The notes under the pieces: model-generated
What the model saw: the letters and a program-made list of their open reading frames with translations, nothing else
Database searches by the model: none
What the model was told of the DNA's origin: nothing
Assembly: GCA_963780185.1 (NCBI GenBank)
Contig: CAWABA010000004.1
Coordinates: 79,944-143,943 of the forward strand
Reading direction: 5' to 3'
DNA from: Candidatus Bathyarchaeota archaeon
Lineage (GTDB): Archaea; Thermoproteota; Bathyarchaeia; Bathyarchaeales; Bathycorpusculaceae
DNA: 64,000 nt
In this document: one piece after another, positions 9,212-18,082 of the stretch
Layout: each line of letters opens with the position of its first letter
Numbering within the stretch: the stretch's first letter is position 1
Program-made: the position numbers and the translations under genes

Positions 9212-10253
9212 TGTATAGCTCCAACTTTTGTCTTATGCTTGATTCATCTGCAGGAAGTTCTTTTTGATCAATAGCCTCTAAAAACTTGATGGTTCTGTCA
9301 ATTTCTGGTTTTGAAATGGTTTGCCTTAATATTTTTAGTATCCCGAGCAATCTTGACGACGTCAGGTACTTTTGGCTCAAGAAAAACAGGAGGTTGCTGT
9401 TGAAATTGTTTTTTGCAAGAATAACTGCTGCGGCGTCTATTCCTCGTGCCTCTTCTCTGAGAAGCAAAGAGACAGTAATGTATTCAACACAGATTTTTCT
9501 TCCTTGAGCAAAAATGGCGCCGAACTCGCTGTACCCAAATCTATTGAGATTAAACGTCAAGTCTGAATCAGAGATGTTAAGGAGTTTTGTTTCCGAGCTA
9601 ATAGTTCGAATTTGGTTTTTTTGAGCGATTTCCTTAATCTCGCTCCAGAATGCTTGAGGATTATAGAGAGCAATTTGTTTGCTTAAAGCTTCTCTAACTG
9701 GATTAATTTCATCCGACGTTAATAGATCATAAAAATCGCGCTTGTCAAGAATTAAGTTGTTGATTTTGAGGTTATTTTTCTTCTGCAGGTTTTGCATTTC
9801 TTTACAGAGCGCAATGGTCTGTTTTGGAAAATCAGTTGTTTCGCGAAGCAGAAAGAGCAATTCAATTCGGTTAGCTTTTATGTTCCTTAATGGATTGAAT
9901 GCAATAATTGATTTTACGGAGCCCCTTTCAGTCAAGAATTTATCCATTTCAATAAAGAAGGAGTAAAGGTTGGTTCTCTTGGACAGAAACTCCAATTTCT
10001 TTTCTATTTCCATTTCGGCTAACGTGTCGATTAGAAGGTAATTTTGAAAATCCAGGCTAATGCTCGAGGACCTGCCTATCGGCTCTATATCGAGTAAGCC
10101 TTCGCTTTTCAGTTTCTGCAATTTTTTATAAATATTTGCGTAATAGGCTGATCCGTAGTTGTCCTTGATTTTTTCAGTGAGTTGGTTGATTGATAAAGAA
10201 TCACCTATGCTCGATGATATTGTTTCTAAGATTCGAAGTGTAGGTGTATCCAT
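9201..10253 (-). CDS. wHTH protein with degenerate NTase-like middle domain; probable partner/antitoxin of the downstream NTase
   Basis: N-terminal LSINQLTEKI...YANIYKKLQKLKSEGLL wHTH. 11-nt overlap with the NTase gene. Confidence 0.65.
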   Translation of the reverse strand: MDTPTLRILETISSSIGDSLSINQLTEKIKDNYGSAYYANIYKKLQKLKSEGLLDIEPIGRSSSISLDFQNYLLIDTLAEMEIEKKLEFLSKRTNLYSFFIEMDKFLTERGSVKSIIAFNPLRNIKANRIELLFLLRETTDFPKQTIALCKEMQNLQKKNNLKINNLILDKRDFYDLLTSDEINPVREALSKQIALYNPQAFWSEIKEIAQKNQIRTISSETKLLNISDSDLTFNLNRFGYSEFGAIFAQGRKICVEYITVSLLLREEARGIDAAAVILAKNNFNSNLLFFLSQKYLTSSRLLGILKILRQTISKPEIDRTIKFLEAIDQKELPADESSIRQKLELYNAL

Positions 10254-10277
10254 TCTAATGTTTTCTTCCCACCGCCA

Positions 10278-10333
10278 TTATAGCAAATTCAATATATATT
10301 AAATTTACTATAACATCATAGCATTTTTACTAT
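10278..10333 (-). promoter_or_regulatory. Inverted-repeat operator straddling the TATA box of the wHTH-NTase pair
   Basis: TTATAGCAAATT (10278-89) and AATTTACTATAA (10302-13) match 11/12 and flank AATATATATT. Second half-site pair ATAG-N8-CTAT at 10318-33. Confidence 0.6.
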
Positions 10334-10395
10334 AATTTAAGCCAAAATTGGTTTAAGAGACGTCGGGTGAGATATTAAATTAACCAATGATGCGG

Positions 10396-10992
10396 CTAAG
10401 GCTTCTTTTTATAGCACATCGTTAGCATGCCGTCGATGCAGAAAGGCGACAGCTCCCCCTCCGAATCCTGCCTAATACACAGCGGCTTCATATCGCATTT
10501 CGGGCACACCGCACTTCTAAGCTGAGCCCCCGTGGTTGCCAGGAGACTTTTTTCTTTAAGCGTCTCGTAAGCGAACTTTAGGTATTTGCCTTCAGCTATG
10601 CGCGGCACGTCATATTTGGCTGCTTCGACGCCTGCGTCAAGCGCGAAGTACTCGTAGAGCCTTCTTGCACCCTTCGACGAGTTGCAGCTTTTACAGATCC
10701 AAACAAGATTCTTCTCAACATTAGGACCATGATACTTCTGCGGCAACAAATGCTCCAAAGTCAAATTTGCAGTCGCACCACAGAAACCGCACAAGTTCCC
10801 CGTTTGCCGTTCTTTGATGTACTCGCGGATTTCGTTCCAGCTAATGTCACCCGCCTTGAGCTCTTTGAACTTATTCATGATAAAACCGTAATCTTTCTTT
10901 CCCATGCCAGCAGAGTCAGCGATAATTTTCGCGTACTGCCAATAAATCAAGTCCCTAACAGTTTTAACCACAGCTGGAGGCATAATGCTCAC
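10396..10992 (-). CDS. HNH endonuclease with extra C-terminal Cys cluster
   Basis: CGFCG...LTLEHLLP...NLVWICKSCNSSK HNH signature. Additional CPKC...C...C near the C-terminus. Confidence 0.85.
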   Translation of the reverse strand: MSIMPPAVVKTVRDLIYWQYAKIIADSAGMGKKDYGFIMNKFKELKAGDISWNEIREYIKERQTGNLCGFCGATANLTLEHLLPQKYHGPNVEKNLVWICKSCNSSKGARRLYEYFALDAGVEAAKYDVPRIAEGKYLKFAYETLKEKSLLATTGAQLRSAVCPKCDMKPLCIRQDSEGELSPFCIDGMLTMCYKKKP

Positions 10993-11118
10993 CTGTAAGT
11001 TCTATGAAAGATAACTTTGTTATTAGAGCAGGTTTACTTTTTAGGGTTTACTGAAATCCAACCTTTTTCTTTGCAAAAGACCGCTTAACTGAATGTTAGA
11101 AAGGGTCATTGATTTTTG

Positions 11119-12477
11119 TTAGTGGCTTTTTCGGTGCCTTGCATAGAGCAGCACCAATAACGAAGCAATTGCAGCCAACAAAATCGCCACAACAGTTACG
11201 AAAACAGTTGCTGGCACGGAAAAAGCTAAGGGACCAGCGGGTTTTGTGGTTGATGCTGAAGTCGAGGAAGGCGTCGGGCTGGAAAAAGAGAGTGCTGGAG
11301 AGGGACTTGGAGAAGCTGTTGGGATAGGTGTAGAAGTTTGAGTAGGAATTGTTGGCGCTTGGGGGTTTGGCGCGGTTAAGAACGGAACAAATGTTACTGT
11401 GCCTAAGTTGAAATCGTCCTTAGAGTCACGAATGGACTGGCTGATGACTGATTGATTAGTTGTTCCCCACCAGTTATTGGCTGCATTAATATTGTTCGGT
11501 GTTTCACAGTCAATCAAGTATCTGGATATTTCCTCAAAGTTGTTGTTAGCAAGAGTCAGATTACCTGTCATAGTTGAATCTACCAAGATTCCAGTAGAAC
11601 TGCCTACGACCGTGTTGTCTTGAATGGTGATGTCTGATTGAGGTCCTGAGGCTTTTATTCCAACTAAGGAAGACTGAATTAGCAGTAGGTTATTTTGGAT
11701 TGTCGCTTCTCCTGAAGCAATAATACACATATTATAATTTCCTGTAATTGTGTTGCCGCTGACAAATGATACGTCGGTTTCATCCAAAGCGTACCGGGAA
11801 CCTAAGGCAATTGCAAAGTTGCCGCCTCCCGTTATGGTGTTGTCTGTTATTGTTGGTGAACCAGCTGAGACTGTGACTCCGGAGCCTAATGTGTTTCCAG
11901 AAATAGATGGAGACCCACCCCACTCCAAGATGGAAAGATGAGAATTATCGGAGATTACCGAAGAACCGCCTTCAATCAGTAACGCCGCTCCTTGAGTGTT
12001 TGTTATTTTGGAAGAGGCGTCTATCGCGATTTGGGTCGAGTTAAAAACCGCGTTGCTAATTATGCAGCCTGATCCATCTTGTTCATTCCAGCTGGTACTC
12101 GATGGGTAGAAGGTTATTCCGGCTGGAGTAAATGGACCGAAAGGATTATTCACATCCATAGAGCTGCCGCCGCTTATTTGGATTGGATTTGCGTTTGTAC
12201 CTATAGCGATAAGGGTTCCGTTAACTTGCATGTAATAACTGTTCAGGTTCACCATGGCTCCAGGTTGGATTGTCAATGTAATGCCTTGAGCGACAGCAAC
12301 CGGGCCAGTGAGACTGTACGGACTACCACCTCGGGTCCAAATAGCATCAGAAGATATTATGCCATTCTCAGTTGTCCCATTTTGAGCCAACCCGTACGGC
12401 ATGGACCCAACCAGTGCAATTCCTGCTAAGACAGCCAAAATGAGAAGAATCCCCAAGGTCTTGTGGAAATGGCTCAT
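11119..12477 (-). CDS. Secreted right-handed beta-helix surface protein with S/T/P linker and C-terminal TM anchor
   Basis: Signal peptide, WTRGGSPYSL, repeated 'ISGNTI' coils, ANNWWG, PT-rich linker, TM plus RHRK. Confidence 0.85.
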   Translation of the reverse strand: MSHFHKTLGILLILAVLAGIALVGSMPYGLAQNGTTENGIISSDAIWTRGGSPYSLTGPVAVAQGITLTIQPGAMVNLNSYYMQVNGTLIAIGTNANPIQISGGSSMDVNNPFGPFTPAGITFYPSSTSWNEQDGSGCIISNAVFNSTQIAIDASSKITNTQGAALLIEGGSSVISDNSHLSILEWGGSPSISGNTLGSGVTVSAGSPTITDNTITGGGNFAIALGSRYALDETDVSFVSGNTITGNYNMCIIASGEATIQNNLLLIQSSLVGIKASGPQSDITIQDNTVVGSSTGILVDSTMTGNLTLANNNFEEISRYLIDCETPNNINAANNWWGTTNQSVISQSIRDSKDDFNLGTVTFVPFLTAPNPQAPTIPTQTSTPIPTASPSPSPALSFSSPTPSSTSASTTKPAGPLAFSVPATVFVTVVAILLAAIASLLVLLYARHRKSH

Positions 12478-12502
12478 AATCCAGTCTGAGGAATTGATGG
12501 CG

Positions 12503-12557
12503 ATAAAAGCATTCTCGTAAATTTATCTTGACTAAGTTAAGTCAAGGTTTCTTGACT
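12503..12557 (-). promoter_or_regulatory. AGTCAAG tandem-box promoter module, copy 1
   Basis: Sense strand AGTCAAGAAACCTTGACT-taactt-AGTCAAGATAAATTTACG-agaatgc-TTTTAT, 25 nt before ATG 12477. Confidence 0.8.
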
Positions 12558-12561
12558 GGAA

Positions 12562-12858
12562 TTAGCCGCCGCCTACTGGAGGCAGAATCGCTAATACATC
12601 CCCGTCCCGAAGCTCCGTTTCCAAGCCGTTCATGGTTGAGGTGCTGTTTCCGTTGACGAGGAACTGCAAGAAACTTTTAGGCTGCCCAGTTGTGCCGTCA
12701 TAAACGTAATCCTTGAAGGCAACGCCATATTTTTCTGAGAGCATTTTGAGGACAGAGTCAACCGTTGCCTTCGTGCCCGTGGGGAGAGTTAGGGTTTCTT
12801 CTCTTTTGTTCACGATTTCCCGCAGGGAAGTGAAGAAGCGAACTTTAACCTCGACCGT
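12562..12858 (-). CDS. moaD: Ubiquitin-like MoaD/SAMP sulfur carrier
   Basis: VEVKVRFFTSLREI N-terminal strand and C-terminal LRDGDVLAILPPVGGG di-Gly. Start probably ACG at 12858 behind GGTGA (see findings). Confidence 0.9.
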   Translation of the reverse strand, partial: TVEVKVRFFTSLREIVNKREETLTLPTGTKATVDSVLKMLSEKYGVAFKDYVYDGTTGQPKSFLQFLVNGNSTSTMNGLETELRDGDVLAILPPVGGG

Positions 12859-12903
12859 TTCGATTCACCGTTACCTACTAATGCGAAAACCTGAAAAATA
12901 ACC

Positions 12904-13078
12904 GTTGCGCCAAACGCAACCATTCAAACTTGATTAACCAGAGACTACCCCTGAATCGCCGTGTCCGAGGTTGATGAGAAATCTTGGCTGAGGCTCTGGA
13001 AAATTTAAGGAAGAAAAGACGGACATGGGGAATTGCAGTATATCCATCTCGGTGAGTTTAACCAGAGACCTCAGCCAA
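12904..13078 (-). ncRNA. Candidate structured RNA or long 5' leader
   Basis: 16-bp outer stem (13062-78 with 12984-99) and an 11-bp inner stem with three G-U pairs only on the minus strand. TATA-like element about 25 nt upstream. Terminal hairpin at 12904-20. Confidence 0.5.
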
Positions 13079-13297
13079 TAATTAGGAAGTTGCAGCTAGT
13101 TACATATATTATTTTTCCTTCTACGAGCATAAATGTTACAAAAATGAAGTGAATTGTTTAGAAGCATTTAAAAAAAGGCTCAAAACCACTTGGAAAATAG
13201 CGGAGTTTTTTTGTGGAAATTGGTTGATGTTTTCCATCGGACAGTATTTGCAATCTTAGCAAAGCAACAGTTTATAAAAAGCTAATTAGGGATAGCC

Positions 13298-13771
13298 ATG
13301 TGGGGAGACAATAAGCCCATGCTGATCGAAACCGCAACCATCGACGATGCTACAGAGATATTATCTCTTCAGAAGCTAGCTTACCTAGGCGAGGCAGAGA
13401 TATACAACGACCTTTCTATTCCGCCGCTAGTTGAGTCTCTCAACGAGTTGAAGCAAATTTTTAAAAGCCACATCTTTCTGAAAGCAACGGTTAATGGAAA
13501 AATCGTCGGGTCAGTCAGGGCATTTGAGAAAGACGGCACATGCTACGTTGGCAGGCTAATGGTTCACCCCGACTTTCAGAACAAAGGTAACGGCACGAAG
13601 CTTCTGCTGAAAACTGAGTGCGTATTTGCTTCTTGCCTCAGGTTTGAGCTTTTTACAGGAAGCAAGAGCTTCAAGAATATTCACCTGTATGAGAAGCTCG
13701 GTTACAAGGCATTTAAGACTGAGGAAGTCTCGGGCAATTTAAAGCTTGTATTTCTTGAAAAGCTGAAATGA
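13298..13771 (+). CDS. GNAT family N-acetyltransferase
   Basis: GRLMVHPDFQNKGNGTKLL acetyl-CoA motif and NIHLYEKLGY. Confidence 0.9.
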   Translation: MWGDNKPMLIETATIDDATEILSLQKLAYLGEAEIYNDLSIPPLVESLNELKQIFKSHIFLKATVNGKIVGSVRAFEKDGTCYVGRLMVHPDFQNKGNGTKLLLKTECVFASCLRFELFTGSKSFKNIHLYEKLGYKAFKTEEVSGNLKLVFLEKLK

Positions 13772-13831
13772 ACCGACTTGTTTATCTCTTAAGCACATTT
13801 TAGAGTACTTTAAATGCAGAGGCTCAGCGGT

Positions 13832-14602
13832 ATGAAGTTAAGTTTGTCTAACGGATTATTCAGTAAGCTACGCTTGGATGGGAACTTCGCGGCTGTTAAG
13901 CAACTCGGGTTTGAAAACATCGAGTTTAACATGAAAGCCATAAAGAAAGAGCACGACAGAGACGTTTACCGGGAACAGAAGGCGTTGGCGGCTTCGGGGC
14001 TGAACTGCTTAACTCTTCACTCAGCTATTCTGCACGTGAAAGACCCCATCGAGGTGCATCAAGCGGTTTACTATGGCAAAATCTCGCTTGAATGTGCCCG
14101 CGCACTTGGCGTTTCACTTATGACCGTGCATTCAAACGTTTCAAAGAAGCTTCCCCGCAACGTCAGAGAAAGATGCCTCAACGAGATTTTTAATGATGAA
14201 ATCAAACCTTTCGCGAAAAAGCTGGGCATAAAGTTGGCTTTGGAAAACCTTTCCTACACGTCAACGGGGTTTGGCAAAAACGTTGAGCAGCTTGAAGAAA
14301 TCCTATCGGTCATAGACGACGAAGGTACCATGGGGATAACGTTTGATTTGTGCCACGCGTTGGAAACCAAGCAAACGGACAGTCTTCTTGAGAAGTATGG
14401 CAGCCGCGTCTGCAACGTTCACATGGCAAACAAAGCACATCAACCGTTCACCGAACCCAAACCCGAACTCCTATCCTTTCTGATAAAGTTACACTGCTTC
14501 GGCTACGATGGCCCCATAACGCTGGAGCTTGTGCACGACACGTCTATGGAAGAAATTGCAAAAAGCAAAGCCCTCTTTGACAGGCTTCTAAGCGAGTTTT
14601 AG
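13832..14602 (+). CDS. Sugar-phosphate isomerase/epimerase (xylose isomerase-like/AP endonuclease 2 TIM barrel)
   Basis: LGFENIE, LALEN, TFDLCH, NVH and GYDGPITLE metal motifs. Confidence 0.85.
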   Translation: MKLSLSNGLFSKLRLDGNFAAVKQLGFENIEFNMKAIKKEHDRDVYREQKALAASGLNCLTLHSAILHVKDPIEVHQAVYYGKISLECARALGVSLMTVHSNVSKKLPRNVRERCLNEIFNDEIKPFAKKLGIKLALENLSYTSTGFGKNVEQLEEILSVIDDEGTMGITFDLCHALETKQTDSLLEKYGSRVCNVHMANKAHQPFTEPKPELLSFLIKLHCFGYDGPITLELVHDTSMEEIAKSKALFDRLLSEF

Positions 14603-14861
14603 GGTTCAGGCAGGTTTTGGTTCACTCTATGGTGCAACAGCGGCAGACGCATTTTGCGCGTTTATAAGCGTGGGCTCCCTTATGTAGGCTGAAGAGTTTC
14701 TTTTGTTCTCTGGGTAATTGTCCAGTCACTGATTCTTTTCTGAGATAAGGAGAAGAAGGGGTAAAAAAACATGTATTTTATGGTTGGAGCATGGGCTCTG
14801 GAAGAAAATCTGCGGGAAAATTCCTGCAAAACAAGAGTCGCGCAAACGGGGGATTCAGTTT

Positions 14862-15068
14862 ATGGTTAATATAGGCGACGCGATGAAGTGCCCGGAATGT
14901 CAATCGTTAGGGTCCGTTGTCTGGCTCTCGCTTGACAAAAAAACGATGGGTGTGCGGTGCCACATGAGCCATCGGGAAGCGATTAGACCAGCATCTAAAT
15001 ACGGCGGAAAAGTAGCTGTCTCAACCAAGTCCAGAAAAAACGTGGTTTTCATAACGGCTGTAGGCTGA
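14862..15068 (+). CDS. Small zinc-finger protein
   Basis: MKCPEC...RCHMSH (CxxC...CxxxH), followed by a T-rich terminator tract. Confidence 0.6.
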   Translation: MVNIGDAMKCPECQSLGSVVWLSLDKKTMGVRCHMSHREAIRPASKYGGKVAVSTKSRKNVVFITAVG

Positions 15069-15148
15069 ATTTAGCGGACTTGAGCGGCTTTTTTCTGCTC
15101 TTTTTTTAAATCGCAATCATCGGGGATCGAACATAATTGTTTTCGTTG

Positions 15149-15448
15149 TTATAGAACGTAGACGTCTTGTATGGTTACTAACCCGTTGTCCCCGACTATC
15201 CGTTTTAGCTCTGGCAGAAGCGGTTCAAGCTTTGACTGCTCATCAATCACTTCAACTATTATAGGCATGTTAACCGTAACGCCTTCAAGCTTCAGAGTGG
15301 ACTTACCCCGTTTACCAAACCCGTCCACACCCGTCCAAACGGTGGCGCCGCTGACTCCAGCTTTGGTCAAAAGGTCTATGACGAGGGGTTCAAGCCGTTT
15401 GCCGCCGACCTCATCGTTCCGTTTGAATCTTACCGTTAAACTCCACAT
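15149..15448 (-). CDS. DUF190 family (PII-like) protein
   Basis: GVSGATVWTGVDGFG and MPIIVEVID. Coupled to crcB as in many genomes. ATG behind GGTGA. Confidence 0.85.
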   Translation of the reverse strand: MWSLTVRFKRNDEVGGKRLEPLVIDLLTKAGVSGATVWTGVDGFGKRGKSTLKLEGVTVNMPIIVEVIDEQSKLEPLLPELKRIVGDNGLVTIQDVYVL

Positions 15449-15456
15449 TTTAAGCC

Positions 15457-15846
15457 TCACCTTACTATCCGCTCCATCAACTCGTTCCCCACCACTTTCC
15501 CACCTAGCACCGCGCCTAAAGACAATCCAACATTCGCTAAAATGTTCAGCGCAACTAGGATAAAGCGGTTGCTATCCATGAGGTTGCTGGTTTCCAGCGC
15601 GAAGGACGACATTGTTGTGAATGCTCCGCAGAACCCAGTGGCGACAAGCAGGGTGTAGTTTGAATCCAAGTTCAAGGCAACAGCGAGAACGGAGAATAAC
15701 CCAAGGATGAAGCTGCCAAGAATGTTTACAGCTAAAACGTTGACGGGCAAGCCGCCGATGGTTTTGGGTGAAGCAACCATTACGTAACGGAGAAAAGCGC
15801 CCACTACTGCGCCAGCCGCCAGCAATGCGAATTCTATCATTTTCAT
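15457..15846 (-). CDS. crcB: Fluoride channel CrcB/Fluc
   Basis: GAFLRY, NILGSFILG and TGFCGAFTTMSSFALE Fluc signatures; four TM segments. Confidence 0.95.
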   Translation of the reverse strand: MKMIEFALLAAGAVVGAFLRYVMVASPKTIGGLPVNVLAVNILGSFILGLFSVLAVALNLDSNYTLLVATGFCGAFTTMSSFALETSNLMDSNRFILVALNILANVGLSLGAVLGGKVVGNELMERIVR

Positions 15847-15871
15847 GTGTGCCTACCTTGTTTTCGTTTGG

Positions 15872-15935
15872 GTAGGCATTATCAGCGTCCATCGGAGCAG
15901 TTCTGACCAGGCGGTCAAGGCTAATGCCATAGCGC
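15872..15935 (-). ncRNA. Fluoride (crcB) riboswitch aptamer
   Basis: GCTATGGCATTAGCC...ACCGCC...GCTGATAATGCCTAC matches the crcB motif (GCTA/TAGC stem, GGCAT/ATGCC pseudoknot, CCTAC tail), directly 5' of crcB. Confidence 0.88.
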
Positions 15936-16003
15936 AGATTTAGCTCAAAAATACGGCTGAAACATTTAAGCCTATTGGGCTGCCTCAAGCGTTTTTGTTG
16001 GTT

Positions 16004-16058
16004 AGTCAAGAAAATTTGACTGAGTTTAGTCAAGAAACCTTAACGAGAACCCTTTAAT
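16004..16058 (+). promoter_or_regulatory. AGTCAAG tandem-box promoter module, copy 2
   Basis: AGTCAAGAAAATTTGACT-gagttt-AGTCAAGAAACCTTAACG-agaaccc-TTTAAT, 24 nt before ATG 16083. Confidence 0.8.
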
Positions 16059-16082
16059 GGTAAATCGCCCCCAAACCAAACC

Positions 16083-17073
16083 ATGAGCCCCTTGAGTAAG
16101 ATTCTCCCGTTTACTTATTGTTCTCTTGTTAGTAGCCTGCAGTTTAATTGCGGCTAAGCCAGCTTGCGCCCAGTTGCCGACGCCATCTCCGCCCCAATTC
16201 ACTGTCAGATACGTCGGATTACTCTTATGATGTGCCGCCGACTTATGCGATTGACCAGTACACGGGACAAAACATAACCACAAGCGCTGGCTACCAAGTG
16301 GACAACAGAACCGTCGAATTCACAATCAGCAACCAACCCTATGTACCCAGCACTGACACGAACGGAAACACAATAGGGTTATACTACAACTTCCGATACA
16401 AAGGACACTACAGCCTCGACTGGAACTACTACCCATTCACTTACTGGACCAACAACCAAGTGACCACAATGCAGACCACCCACTCCTACGGAGCATACTC
16501 AGGTGGCTTCTTCCAACCCTACTCAGCTTCAAACACAGCATACACCGTCATAACGGTCCCACTGTACGACTTGACAAGCTATCCAGGCGGCCCACAAATT
16601 CCCAGCGGGGCCAAGTTGACTTCGAAGTACAAGCACAGTTGGGGTACATCTGCGACATACCTTCAGGCTTGCTGGCAGGAGACTTCTACAATTTCACGGG
16701 GCAAACAAGCCCATGGAGCGACCTGCAGACACTAAACATCGGGCAAACCAATCCAAGCGCAACCCCCGCTACGCCGACAAACCAGACAGCCTTAGTTATT
16801 GATGCCCCGATTCCCACAGATACGCCCACACCAACACCTGCATCAACCGCCACGTCGCCCACTTCAACATCAGGCAACCAAGACGCAACGCAGGCACCAA
16901 GCCAGCCCAGCCTCTACTCAACAGCGACTAAACCAAGCTTCAACTGGATTGAAGCCGTCACGGTCGCCAGCTTAGGCGTTTTCGCCATATTAGCAGGCAT
17001 CATCGTTTACATGCGGAGAAGAATTCGGGTTTTGGAGAACAAGATTGGGAATTCGAATCGAAGGGGAGATTGA
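16083..17073 (+). CDS. Secreted single-pass surface protein ('PSxPxFT...YDVPPTY..D.YTG' family), split by indels
   Basis: Fragments join as signal peptide, PTPSPPQFTVRY, YSYDVPPTYAIDQYTG...WSDLQT, PT linker, TM plus RRR. Confidence 0.7.
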
Positions 17074-17076
17074 CAG

Positions 17077-17980
17077 ATGAATTTGGCTCAAGCATGTGGC
17101 GTGCTCTTGGTGGCTTCGATGGTTGGCGGGTTGGCTTTAGGCATCAATTTTGGCTTGGTGCAGGGTCAATCCGCTATACCTACGCCTTCTGTTCCCAGTT
17201 TTGCACTCTACTACGTTGATCATCCATATGACGTTGCGCCAGTGGCGCCGACTTACACGACAAACCCCTACACGGGAGAAACACAGCAGACCAGCCCAGG
17301 GTCGCCAGGATACCATGTGGACAACACGTCTATTGAGTTGTGGATTTTGAACCAACAGTATATTTACTATTCAAACTACCACCTTTACTACGACGTCAGA
17401 ACAAGAGGCCATTTCGAACAAAATTGGACAGACGTTTACCCAACAGAACAACGAATGCGAACCGCAAACTGGACTGATCTACACCATACATCCAAAATCC
17501 CACCCCAATGCAATCAAACTCCCTATACACTGTCCTCTCGTTTTCAGCCACCTCATCACCTGTCAATGTCTATCCGCAAACTTACTATCCGCCAAACGCC
17601 ACGATCGATTTCCAAGTCGCGGCATTCGTGGGACACGATTCAAAATCTTTCCAAAACGAACACATCATGACATTCCCATAGGTGAATACATTGCAGCGGT
17701 CGCATTTGACACCCAAAGTGACTGGAGCACAATTCAGACCCTAACCATATCAAACGACTCCCTCACAACCGCTACACCAGACAACCCAACGCTGCCTCCA
17801 ACACCAACCCCGATACCGCTTTCAACTCCAACACCGCAAATAACAGCGCCGCCAGCGACAATCACACCAACACCAACTTCCACCGCTTCTGTTCCCGAGC
17901 TTTCCTGGCTGATAATCTTGCCTTTGCTCGCTCTCACTCTGTCTTTTGCGGCTACCATTAGACTTAAGAAGTGGGCTTAG
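17077..17980 (+). CDS. Tandem paralogue of the preceding surface protein, split by indels, ending in a VPEL-TM-basic tail
   Basis: IPTPSVPSFALYYVDHPYDVAP...NPYTG; downstream frame reads SDWSTIQT...VPELSWLIILPLLAL...RLKK, TAG at 17978-80. Confidence 0.7.
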
Positions 17981-18082
17981 GCACCCTAACGCAAAGTCGC
18001 CTACCTCTCTTTCAAGAAAGAGGGTTTTCCGAAACCTAAAATAAGCTGGCAACAAAATTGTACCCATCTGAGGTTTAATGCC

